Source: Candidatus Parcubacteria bacterium
Lineage (GTDB): Bacteria; Patescibacteriota; Minisyncoccia; Phycocordibacterales; UBA918
Direction: 5' to 3'
DNA: 64,000 nucleotides
Assembly: GCA_046050355.1 (NCBI GenBank)
Contig: JBJOPW010000001.1
Coordinates: 3,858 to 67,857, forward strand
Shown: piece by piece, positions 48,326 to 56,810 of the stretch
Layout: each line of letters opens with the position of its first letter
Numbering within the stretch: position 1 is the first letter of the stretch
The notes under the pieces: model-generated
Seen by the model: only the letters and a program-made list of their open reading frames with translations
What the model was told of the DNA's origin: nothing
Databases searched by the model: none
Translations under genes and position numbers: made by a program

Positions 48326-48363
48326 GGTGCGTACGATTCTATCATGAAAAATAATGCGAGCAA

Positions 48364-49404
48364 CTAGAGAATCAGCATCGCATCGCCAAAGGAATAAAAC
48401 CGATAGTGTTCCCTGATGGCTTCTTCGTAGAGCTCGACGATATGTCGCCGGCCACCCTTATGCTCGATATACGCCTGTACGAGACACATAAGTGACGAAC
48501 GCGGTACATGGAAGTTCGTCATGAGGATATCTGGATACGTAAAGGCATACGGCGGATAGATAAAGAGGTCTGCCGCACCGACTGTTCCCTGTCCTGCTGC
48601 CACACTTTCTTTGCTACTCTCGAGTGTGCGCACCACCGTGGTACCTACTGCCATGATTGGTCTCCCTGTGTCTCGCGCTCTCTTGATGCGCTCTGCAGTA
48701 GTGTCTGGCACGACGTAATATTCTTCGTGCAGTTTCTTATTTTGGAAATTCTCGGCAAATATTGGTGCAAAGGTACCAAGTCCGGCCTGGAGGGTAACCG
48801 GATCGATTGAAACTCCATTTGCTTTGAGAGTAGCTATTAGTTCCGGGGTGAAGTGGAGCGACGCTGTTGGTGCGGCGACTGATGGTGCGGCTGCTGCAAA
48901 TACTGTCTGGTAGTCCGTTCGCTTCAGGGACTCCTCGGCGCTACTCTTGATATATGGCGGCAGTGGTGTCTCGCCATGGGCAAGGAGGAGAGCATGGAGG
49001 AGTTCTTCCTTACCTTCAAACTTGAGCACCATACTCTTTTCACGGTTATCTACTACCGTGAAGTACGTATCAAACACTTCAATTGTCTCTCCGACCGCGA
49101 CGCCACGATTCACGAGTGCTCGCACGGCACCATCGGGATTTATCCCCTGGTCGACGAGGATGAGGAGTTCTATTGGTGAACCATCATAGACACCCTGTAG
49201 CCGAGCAGGTAGTACCTTGGTATCGTTCACTATTATCGCTGCTCCAGCGACAAACTGTGGCAAGTCGCTAACCCGAGCGTGCGTCACGGTATCGTGCTTC
49301 GTATCGTAGACTAACAACCGTGCACTATCACGTGGTGTGGCTGGTGCGTGCGCAATCAGATCTGTCGGAATCTCGTAGGCAAATTGATCGAGAATAGTTT
49401 CCAT
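48364..49404 (-). CDS. queA: S-adenosylmethionine:tRNA ribosyltransferase-isomerase
   Basis: The N-terminus FAYEIPTDLIAHAPATPRDSARLLVY...VNDTKVLPARL parallels QueA. Confidence 0.85.
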   Translation of the reverse strand: METILDQFAYEIPTDLIAHAPATPRDSARLLVYDTKHDTVTHARVSDLPQFVAGAAIIVNDTKVLPARLQGVYDGSPIELLILVDQGINPDGAVRALVNRGVAVGETIEVFDTYFTVVDNREKSMVLKFEGKEELLHALLLAHGETPLPPYIKSSAEESLKRTDYQTVFAAAAPSVAAPTASLHFTPELIATLKANGVSIDPVTLQAGLGTFAPIFAENFQNKKLHEEYYVVPDTTAERIKRARDTGRPIMAVGTTVVRTLESSKESVAAGQGTVGAADLFIYPPYAFTYPDILMTNFHVPRSSLMCLVQAYIEHKGGRRHIVELYEEAIREHYRFYSFGDAMLIL

Positions 49405-49425
49405 AGGTGTCTCTCGCGACGCCTA

Positions 49426-49860
49426 TTATAAATCATTATCACGCTGGTGGGTGATTTCACTGAGGTTAGCGATGAGGTCGTCGTAACCTTCACGTGCTGT
49501 CGCTGCATCACGCGCGGTGAGTCGGGCATCTTCTTCAATATAGCCAACAAAGGCTGGACTCGCCACCACATCAAGCGCGGTCTTTAGTCCCCCTTCAATG
49601 TGAGCGCGGCGGTCAGACAGCTGGCGAAGGTAGGTTGAGAGGTCGTAGCGCACTGCCTCGATATTGGCAAGGATGTCACTCGCTTCCTCTGCTTCCTCGT
49701 CTTCACTCGTTACCGATTCCAAATTGGCCTCTGCCTGGCGCAAAAAGCGCTCTACAGCGATCAATCGCACCGCCAGACGCTCTTCTTCACGCTTCAGTGC
49801 TTGGAGCTGCTTTTGGGCAGATTCCTGGCTGTTTTTGAGGGTAATAAGGAGTTGTTCCAT
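49426..49860 (-). CDS. hypothetical coiled-coil protein
   Basis: 144 aa with E/A/L-rich heptads. Confidence 0.45.
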   Translation of the reverse strand: MEQLLITLKNSQESAQKQLQALKREEERLAVRLIAVERFLRQAEANLESVTSEDEEAEEASDILANIEAVRYDLSTYLRQLSDRRAHIEGGLKTALDVVASPAFVGYIEEDARLTARDAATAREGYDDLIANLSEITHQRDNDL

Positions 49861-50346
49861 AACCGTATACTACCACTATCAGTCAGGGGGACAACTTGAC
49901 AGAGTGTCTATTTCAGTCGAGTTTACATGCAAAAAGGCCTTTTCAAGCTATTGACATCTCCCACTTTTATTTTGCTATACAGTATTTTCACACCCGACAA
50001 AGCAGGAGGAAAATTGAGTTGTGTTTTTGAAAAGTTATTGTGTGGTATAGATAGACATCGTCATCCCTTTACCAATTTGTTTCAAGTGAAAAGCGCCCAG
50101 GGTAAGCCATGGGCGCTTTCAGGCGGGTTAATTCCCGCAGGCACTAGTTACTGTTTGCTTCGATACAAGCAGCACGGGTCGTGTGAATGAACCCGTATTT
50201 GTCGACATAATATGTCTTTTGCATGTGTGTACTCCTCTGGTTAAAAAACGTAGTTCCCAGAGGCTCTTCAAATCTTTACATCGTATAAAGTAAGCCTCTG
50301 TAGAGGCAGTAAACCACAGGATTATTGATTTTGCAATTGCCAGAAA

Positions 50347-50643
50347 TCAGCTTTTAATTTTATTTCGGATTTGTGCAATCACGAGACCCAACCCCATAGC
50401 CATTAACGAAAATATAATCATTGCTGTATATGGATTACTAAATACATCTTGCGGCATTATATTGATTTTAGTGAGAGCTGTGTATGTCAGCGCTACAAAT
50501 GCAAAACCCCAAAAGAAAGATTGGATAATGTGACCAAATTCACTTTTAAATTCAAACCCACCTACGGCTAAAAGAAAGTACCCTGGAATAGAAAAAAGTA
50601 CTAGATGCAAAATCTCAAGATTTTCTAAGTTGAACATTTCCAT
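50347..50643 (-). CDS. hypothetical small membrane protein (3 TM), last gene of the defence-like operon
   Basis: Start moved to MEMFNLENL so that it abuts the stop of the upstream nuclease gene instead of overlapping it. Confidence 0.45.
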   Translation of the reverse strand: MEMFNLENLEILHLVLFSIPGYFLLAVGGFEFKSEFGHIIQSFFWGFAFVALTYTALTKINIMPQDVFSNPYTAMIIFSLMAMGLGLVIAQIRNKIKS

Positions 50644-50644
50644 A

Positions 50645-51814
50645 TTATTTATTACCTTTCGCAATATTATGTGGTCTACATAGCATCTGACAGTTCTTAA
50701 TATCAGTTGGCCCATTTTTGCTCCAGGCAGTTACATGATCAGCATCCATTTCTTTGAGCTGCCAAATTTTGTCTTTGTTTACATCATGACCAACTGCGCA
50801 AAGTGGACAGTTTGAGATTCCTGTCTTCTTCGCATCAGCAGTTTGCGCTTCATATACAACGCGTTTTGTTGATTCCTCAAAGACTCGTAGTTCAAGCAAT
50901 TTTGCATCCACTTCCCCGCCGAGGACATATTCAAAGATGCCGGATCGTTTTTTTACGAAACCATCAGCATAGAGTCGTTTAACTGCAGCAGACACAGCTA
51001 TAGGATCGTATTTGGTCTTGTGGTATGTCTTATACAGGCGGTGCCACTCGAGACCTTTCATTTCATTTTCAACGTCTGTAAACGTGGTCGAAATCCAATC
51101 AATTACCTTATTGAAATGCTTTTTTAGTTCGGTGATCTCAGTATCGTGACGATGGAGACTCATGTAGTTGTCTATTGCTCCATCAGACACCCAATCTAGA
51201 GTAGTTTCGAGGTATGCTTGACGTTTGATGTCTCCCTTTAGATACGCACTCCATTTCTGTACGTTCGCATTTTGACTGTTGCTAAACTCACTGCGTGCGA
51301 GCGTGACAAACGGACCGGAATACACCGCGTTAAGGATCTCTTGCTGTGTAAGTGGTACACCCGATATATTAATAGTGCGGAACCAGTCTTTGATCTCTGG
51401 TTCATCTCCTTCGCAGATATAGATATGGAGCTTTGTTTTGAGAATTTGCTCCCGTTGACTACTAGCCATACCACTATAGTATTGCTCGTGACCATTTTTA
51501 TCTTTCACTGCAAATTTGCCTGTGACAAAACGACCGATACTTGTGATGCGCTGTTGACCATCAAGTACGTCAAAGGTGTCTTTGCCAGTTTTGTTGAAAT
51601 AGAACAGACCAATTGGATAGCCTTTCAGTAGAGATTCGATGACTAAAATTTCTCGTTTACCTCCATCTTCTGCATATATGTAGTTGCGTTGATACTCAGG
51701 CTGTATGGTTAGCTTCCCAGATAAGCCAAAGAGGCCCTTACCTTCAAGTTCACTGTATTCAAATCCTTCGCTGATTTCGCGAATGGTAATGTCACTTCGT
51801 AAAAGGGTTTTCAT
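50645..51814 (-). CDS. DUF262 (ParB/Srx-like NTP-binding) - HNH endonuclease fusion, GmrSD-like
   Basis: N-terminal QPEYQRNYIY and VLDGQQRITSI (the DGQQR signature of DUF262). C-terminal CPLCA...DADHVTAWSKNGPTDIKNCQMLCRPHNIAKGNK is a canonical HNH motif with a zinc-binding Cys. Confidence 0.75.
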   Translation of the reverse strand: MKTLLRSDITIREISEGFEYSELEGKGLFGLSGKLTIQPEYQRNYIYAEDGGKREILVIESLLKGYPIGLFYFNKTGKDTFDVLDGQQRITSIGRFVTGKFAVKDKNGHEQYYSGMASSQREQILKTKLHIYICEGDEPEIKDWFRTINISGVPLTQQEILNAVYSGPFVTLARSEFSNSQNANVQKWSAYLKGDIKRQAYLETTLDWVSDGAIDNYMSLHRHDTEITELKKHFNKVIDWISTTFTDVENEMKGLEWHRLYKTYHKTKYDPIAVSAAVKRLYADGFVKKRSGIFEYVLGGEVDAKLLELRVFEESTKRVVYEAQTADAKKTGISNCPLCAVGHDVNKDKIWQLKEMDADHVTAWSKNGPTDIKNCQMLCRPHNIAKGNK

Positions 51815-51816
51815 AT

Positions 51817-53010
51817 TTACTTTTGTTTGTGTTTTATTAAGACTCTTTGGTATACCTTTTCACGTAAGCCATTTTTTACTAATACACCACTTGCATTTAA
51901 ATCGTATGTTCCAGGTTTTCCAAATTTGTCATAATACGCTTGTTTACACTCTGTAGATGTATATATTTTTGTTTTTTGTTTATATAAATCTTCATTTTCA
52001 CACATCCCAACAATTTCAAATTGTTCTGGGGAATACTTGTCTAAAAAACTAATCGGAACACCCATTACACCATTGTAATCACTCGGTATTGCGCTCGTAA
52101 ATGAAACTTCAAGTGCATCATAATTTTCATATTTATCATACGTACTTTTACCCTGCAATTTTTTGTTGAATTTTAAATTGTCAGCAATAGTCATTAATGA
52201 TAAAGGTCTATGTCTACGACCATGATCTAGATTAGTAAACCAACATGAATTTCCTAATCGCGTATAGTCACCTATATATCCAAGTCTAGCGGCCTTTTCT
52301 TTGTCTTCTTTTGCAATGTCTGCACCATTAGGTACTGCAAACACCATGTCGCTACCATTTCCAGTTGCGCCTAACCAAAGTTGATTTGCCTTAATTAAAG
52401 AAAAAATTTCTTTATATGTTATTGCGTTCATATTGCCAATAATAAGAACCTTTTTTTTATTCACAAAAAGTTGTGATACATACTCTCGAAACAAACTAAA
52501 AGGAGGATTGGTTACTACAATATCTGATTGTTTCAGTAACTCTACACATTCTGGACTACGAAAGTCACCGTCACCTTCCAATGGTGTCCATTCATTGTTC
52601 TTATTAGCTTTGAGTTGCTTCGCGATATCAGCGAGTGTAAAAGACCCATCACCATCAACATCGCCTACTTCGTTGATGATGAATTTGTTGGCTGTGATTT
52701 TTGGGCGACCTTTTACTGGTTCAAGGGTGAGATCATCACCAAAAAGTCCTATCTGGGTATTTGCAACCGGCGATGGTTTGTAACTTGTCGTAATAAGTGA
52801 CTTAAGTCCAAGACGTTTGAAATTGAGAACAAAGTATCTGAAAAAATTGCTTTCAAATGGGTCATCGCAGTTGCAATAGACTACTTTATCTTTGAAAGTG
52901 TTTTTGTCGTATTCGAGATAGGACTCAACTTCTTTTTGAATATCAGAAAACTGCGTATAGAACTCGTCGTTCTTTGCCTTTTTTGCCGCAGTGAGATTCT
53001 TATTTGCCAT
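51817..53010 (-). CDS. N6-adenine DNA methyltransferase, EcoRI-methylase family
   Basis: KNDEFYTQFSDI...KVVYCNCDDPFESNFFRYFVLNF..LGLKSLITTSY and DIVVTNPPFSLFREY parallel M.EcoRI closely, as I recall it. The start was moved to MANKNL. Confidence 0.8.
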   Translation of the reverse strand: MANKNLTAAKKAKNDEFYTQFSDIQKEVESYLEYDKNTFKDKVVYCNCDDPFESNFFRYFVLNFKRLGLKSLITTSYKPSPVANTQIGLFGDDLTLEPVKGRPKITANKFIINEVGDVDGDGSFTLADIAKQLKANKNNEWTPLEGDGDFRSPECVELLKQSDIVVTNPPFSLFREYVSQLFVNKKKVLIIGNMNAITYKEIFSLIKANQLWLGATGNGSDMVFAVPNGADIAKEDKEKAARLGYIGDYTRLGNSCWFTNLDHGRRHRPLSLMTIADNLKFNKKLQGKSTYDKYENYDALEVSFTSAIPSDYNGVMGVPISFLDKYSPEQFEIVGMCENEDLYKQKTKIYTSTECKQAYYDKFGKPGTYDLNASGVLVKNGLREKVYQRVLIKHKQK

Positions 53011-53011
53011 A

Positions 53012-53404
53012 CTATAGTATATTACTATATTCTGGATAATGCTCGGTGATGAGCTTTTGCCAAGCGGCAGTTTCATTCTTACTTGCGAGATCGGTCTTGC
53101 TATATACAAGCAAGACCGATACTCGATGTTCTTCAGTGTGCCAGGCTACAATGGTGCGGTTGCCTGATGTTTTAGCAGATTCTTTGGTACCAACGACGCG
53201 GAATTGCGTTTTGATAATTTTTATAGTTTCAGTTTCTGAAATAATTGTTGCCTTATCTGTCTGTAGTAATGCTTCAATACGCGTCAACTCGGCTATGATA
53301 GCGTCGAGTGTTACATCCCAGTGATGTTTGTATTTTTTAGCAAATGACTTGAGAAAATGGCTCGTTGCAAAGTCTTCTATCACTACTACAGCATTGCCAG
53401 ACAT
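53012..53404 (-). CDS. putative toxin (RelE/ParE-superfamily-like fold) partnered with the Panacea-domain antitoxin
   Basis: 130 aa. The C-terminal GNRTIVAWHTEEHRVSVLLVYSKTDL resembles the RelE/ParE tail. It sits immediately downstream of the antitoxin-like gene. Confidence 0.45.
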   Translation of the reverse strand: MSGNAVVVIEDFATSHFLKSFAKKYKHHWDVTLDAIIAELTRIEALLQTDKATIISETETIKIIKTQFRVVGTKESAKTSGNRTIVAWHTEEHRVSVLLVYSKTDLASKNETAAWQKLITEHYPEYSNIL

Positions 53405-53416
53405 ACCTAACCGTTG

Positions 53417-54154
53417 TTAGAACACTTTATCAGGGTCTTCTTGGGTAATAAGAGCGTATGGTATAAGCTCATCAATTTTGCATATCGTATACGGTAGTTG
53501 GTTGTGAGTGAAATTGACGATATCAATAGTCTTTTTATCTTTCCATTTTGTACCGATTTTTTTCATCAGTTTTACTTCGTCAGAACTGAGTGTAGATATC
53601 TTCTCATTAGTGTTTGATTCTGATTCACTAATAAGGAACATCGTACGACCTTTGTCGTCGGTCTTTCGATCAATGAGAATTTTTCCGGCATCTTCTAATT
53701 CGTCGATGGCACGGAAAAAAGCATCCGGCACTGGGCCATGTTCGATCTTGCGATACTGCATGCCACTCATGCTACTCATGGTATCGTAAAACCATGCAAA
53801 GTCAGCTAGGTAGAGTAACTTTGCTAGTTTGGTCTTCGGAATTTTGCTGTCAGGAGAAAGATTCATTCGCAAGTACGTCAGTATCATATGCTTGTACTTT
53901 TGGATATTGGGAATATTTCCTGATAGCAAGTCATCGACGCTCAGTGCGTACAGATTAGCTAGTTTCTTCACTTCGTCAGTATCGAGTTTTTGTTTGCCTG
54001 ATTCAACAGCAGCGTAGGTTGGGCGAGAGACACTGATGGCATTTGCGACTTCTTCTTGTGACAGCTTATTTTTAATACGCAAATCTTTGAGAATCCTCTG
54101 CATATACATGGTCATATGACCAAGTATATGCAGATATGTAAAAAAGTCAAGCAA
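53417..54154 (-). CDS. HTH-XRE plus Panacea (DUF4065/SocA-like) domain antitoxin
   Basis: N-terminal LKDLRIKNKLSQEEVANAISVSRPTYAAVESGKQ is a Cro/C1-type HTH. The C-terminal KLAKLLYLADFAWFYDT...IEHGPVP matches the Panacea domain. The start may be the Met at 54103. Confidence 0.65.
   Translation of the reverse strand: MLDFFTYLHILGHMTMYMQRILKDLRIKNKLSQEEVANAISVSRPTYAAVESGKQKLDTDEVKKLANLYALSVDDLLSGNIPNIQKYKHMILTYLRMNLSPDSKIPKTKLAKLLYLADFAWFYDTMSSMSGMQYRKIEHGPVPDAFFRAIDELEDAGKILIDRKTDDKGRTMFLISESESNTNEKISTLSSDEVKLMKKIGTKWKDKKTIDIVNFTHNQLPYTICKIDELIPYALITQEDPDKVF
54110..54123. promoter_or_regulatory. perfect palindrome TGGTCATATGACCA at the 5-prime end of the antitoxin gene; candidate autoregulatory operator
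   Basis: Read directly. Confidence 0.4.
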
Positions 54155-54265
54155 AAAATGTCAGAAAACTGACAAAATTAGATTTTATTGGCAGAATAGC
54201 AGTTAATCAATAGATAAAGTTTGTAGGCACAGAGACACCTAGTATGAGTGATTTAAGAGGTATAA

Positions 54266-54826
54266 CTAGGCAAACTTCATCGCTTTGGTCACAACCGGCT
54301 TCAAATACTGTTGGTAGCGGGGGTTGGCGGGGGTGAGTTTGTAGTTGATACGATTGAGGACTATCTGGTACTGGCGGCCGACTTTACCCCGGACGGTGAT
54401 GGTGAGTTCGAGCTCACTCTTCTTGCCCGCTGGCAGGGTCACATACCGCAGGGTGCCGATACTCGTCTCCGTGAGGGCACGCGTGCGGATAGCGACCGAG
54501 GCGCTTACGATACTGCTCTCCCCTGTTCCTTCGATCTGGTACATAAAGCCGGCGACAGTCTTGCCCGAGGCGATACTGAGTGGAATAGAGACAGGTGCGC
54601 GTTTGGTTGTCAGTTCGAGGATGATGCGGAATTCTCCCACGGCTTTGTCTGGGCAGTCTTCGACTTTGGTGCGGCTAAAGCGAAATTTGTTGCCTGCGAT
54701 GCGTCCCGCAAGGTACTCGTCGATTCCCTCACGCTTTTTGGCGTCGACTAAGTCGGCCTGGAGCGACTTCAGCTGCGCTTTCATATTGGATAATGAGCTA
54801 CGTTCAGCTCTGGTTAGCTTCTTCAT
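54266..54826 (-). CDS. hypothetical protein
   Basis: 186-aa ORF with a basic N-terminus and no motifs. Confidence 0.45.
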   Translation of the reverse strand: MKKLTRAERSSLSNMKAQLKSLQADLVDAKKREGIDEYLAGRIAGNKFRFSRTKVEDCPDKAVGEFRIILELTTKRAPVSIPLSIASGKTVAGFMYQIEGTGESSIVSASVAIRTRALTETSIGTLRYVTLPAGKKSELELTITVRGKVGRQYQIVLNRINYKLTPANPRYQQYLKPVVTKAMKFA

Positions 54827-54875
54827 ACCAGTAAGTATGAGACGAGACTCTCTTCACTGCAAGTATGGGGTGGTA

Positions 54876-55292
54876 CTAGAGGGCAAAGCCGATAAAAGCG
54901 GCACCGAGCCAACAAGATACCGAGACAGCACCAGATACAAGGAGCGAGAGTTTTTGACCTTTGGTGAGGCTTGTAAAAGGTGTGGTGGTCGAGAGCGCCG
55001 ATAGTCGACCGATGACAAAGCCGTTCACGAGGAGAGCGGCTACCATGAGCATTTTGACCGCAAAGGTAGGTTCTTCAAGGACAAGAGGGTTCTGTCTGAC
55101 GAGCATGATACCGGTTACAATCATACCCGCGAGACCAACCCAGGCGAGTTGGTGGAGACGCTTCACCTTCGTAGCATTGAGGACGGCCTTCTTGCCACGC
55201 ATATAGAGGTAGCCGTCGTGGTCGGCAATGATGATAACAAGTGCGACAATGGCGAGTGAAGCGAGGTGAAAGGCTCCGATTTCGATTTCCAT
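54876..55292 (-). CDS. hypothetical membrane protein (4 TM)
   Basis: 138 aa of hydrophobic sequence. Confidence 0.5.
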   Translation of the reverse strand: MEIEIGAFHLASLAIVALVIIIADHDGYLYMRGKKAVLNATKVKRLHQLAWVGLAGMIVTGIMLVRQNPLVLEEPTFAVKMLMVAALLVNGFVIGRLSALSTTTPFTSLTKGQKLSLLVSGAVSVSCWLGAAFIGFAL

Positions 55293-55400
55293 AATAGCGC
55301 TATGGTAGCACTGGGAGGTAGGTTTCTCAATATTTTGTGGTTGATTAGTAACCTTATGGCTTCAACATCGGCACGGAAGCCATGACTGACCCGAGAAGTT

Positions 55401-55416
55401 CGTCCTGACGGTCACA
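55401..55416 (-). repeat. direct partial copy (15 of 16 nt) of the tRNA-Ala(UGC) 3-prime end
   Basis: + strand GACCCGAGAAGTTCG versus GACCCGAGAAGATTCG at the tRNA 3-prime end (55643-55658). Confidence 0.6.
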
Positions 55417-55514
55417 AAGCTATATTATTTCGCAATGCTCATAATCTAGCAGGTGCCGCGGGACACGCCTCGACCGTCGTACTCGCTAACGCTCCGTGCG
55501 ACATGTCTCCGGCG

Positions 55515-55570
55515 TTCGAATCTTCACGCAAGGTGCATTAGCACCTTGCTTCGGGTCCACTTTCGACGCA
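55515..55570 (+). repeat. inverted copy of the last 21 nt of tRNA-Ala(UGC), split by a 25-nt hairpin insertion
   Basis: + strand GTTCGAATCTTC[ACGCAAGGTGCATTAGCACCTTGCT]TCGGGTCCA versus the tRNA sense GTTCGAATCTTCTCGGGTCCA. Confidence 0.7.
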
Positions 55571-55602
55571 AGCAAATTCATTTGCTTGCTAGACAACAAA
55601 AA

Positions 55603-55622
55603 AACCACCTTGCTAGGTGGTT
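55603..55622 (-). terminator. rho-independent terminator of tRNA-Ala(UGC)
   Basis: AACCACC-TAGCAA-GGTGGTT then TTTTTTTGTTG on the minus strand, 20 nt beyond the tRNA 3-prime end. Confidence 0.75.
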
Positions 55623-55641
55623 CTTTTGTTGTCTTCGAAAG

Positions 55642-55714
55642 TGGACCCGAGAAGATTCGAACTCCCTGCCTCCTCAGTGCAAATGAGGCGCTCTACCAAG
55701 TGAGCTACGGGCCC
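55642..55714 (-). tRNA. tRNA-Ala (anticodon UGC)
   Basis: Manual fold GGGCCCG / GCTC..GAGC / CCTCA-TTTGCAC-TGAGG / GGGAG-TTCGAAT-CTTCT / CGGGTCC-A, with G3:U70; no encoded CCA. Confidence 0.85.
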
Positions 55715-55785
55715 AAGTTTTGCAAGCGCGACACCTGCAAAGCTGGTCAATATACTACTTAATCTGGGTTAAATAGTCAATAGGA

Positions 55786-56385
55786 CTATTCTGTAGCTTG
55801 AAGCTTCCACGGGGTGATGGCAGCGGCTGAGCTGTAGCTACCAATCGTGATTGTGTCACCATTCCAAGCGGCGGTAAGTGCGTCACTAATAGTCGTGATG
55901 AACTTCTTGCCGTCAAATGACACTGGTTGAATAACATTCTCAGTGGCATCAAAAATGAAGTGTGTACATTCGTCAGCGTCAGTTTGCTGTTCGCAGAAGT
56001 GGACAAAGTTGCCATCAGCTGAAGAACTGTAGGTAGGAATCTTTTTGTGAATACCCTGAGTAGCAAAACCTTCTACATTCTCAACGGGCATCACTTCGTT
56101 ACTGAGTGAGAGCACGAAACGGTCACCATGTACATAAGCATAGAGTTTGCCGTCTTCGTACCGAGCAACTTCTCCACCGCCAGCGGTTGCTGCACTTTCA
56201 TCGCTTGGTGGCGGCGTATCTGGTGGCGTGTACCCTTCAGGAATAAAAGCATTTGGAGTAGTTGATTCAAGCGCTTGCGATCCAGCTTGGGTTACGCCAA
56301 AGCCAATAAAACCTGATGTGAGCCCAATAATGTATGCCAGTACGACCAGTACGGCTTTTTCGTGTTTGGTACCTTCTAAATTCAT
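55786..56385 (-). CDS. hypothetical N-terminally anchored secreted protein
   Basis: TM segment AVLVVLAYIIGLTSGFIGF followed by a Pro/Thr linker. The start was moved to MNLEG. Confidence 0.45.
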   Translation of the reverse strand: MNLEGTKHEKAVLVVLAYIIGLTSGFIGFGVTQAGSQALESTTPNAFIPEGYTPPDTPPPSDESAATAGGGEVARYEDGKLYAYVHGDRFVLSLSNEVMPVENVEGFATQGIHKKIPTYSSSADGNFVHFCEQQTDADECTHFIFDATENVIQPVSFDGKKFITTISDALTAAWNGDTITIGSYSSAAAITPWKLQATE

Positions 56386-56455
56386 ATACATACAGTATAC
56401 GACCAAAGCTACACTTTGTGTGATGTATGTGTTGAAAAGATACAAAGACTGTTCT

Positions 56456-56806
56456 TTATGCCCGACTCATGATGATACGGTTGATGCGTTCTGCCATCAA
56501 GAGGTCGGCTTCGGTCACCGCCTTTATGTCTTTGGTCTGGAGGGTAACTTTGACCAACTCTGGGGTAATACAGATTTCCGGATAGTGCTTTTGCACTTCA
56601 GCGTAGACGGTGATGCGGGTGGCGAACATAAAGGCGTCAAGGTAGCGAGTAAAAGCAAATTCACCAACGAGCTCTTGGCGCTTCGTATTATGCACCCAGT
56701 GTGATCCAAGCGACTTGAGGCGTTTTGGCGGTACTTTTGGTGCCACTACCTTCTTTGCGGTAGTTTTTCTTGGAGCAGTCTTGTTGGTGATAGTAACTTT
56801 GGCCAT
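56456..56806 (-). CDS. pterin-4a-carbinolamine dehydratase (PCD/DCoH)-like protein with a basic N-terminal extension
   Basis: FAFTRYLDAFMFATRITVYAEVQKHYPEICITPELVKVTLQTKD...TEADLLMAERIN follows the [EDKH]-H-[HN]-P...Y...H...D PCD pattern. Confidence 0.6.
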   Translation of the reverse strand: MAKVTITNKTAPRKTTAKKVVAPKVPPKRLKSLGSHWVHNTKRQELVGEFAFTRYLDAFMFATRITVYAEVQKHYPEICITPELVKVTLQTKDIKAVTEADLLMAERINRIIMSRA

Positions 56807-56810
56807 AGCA

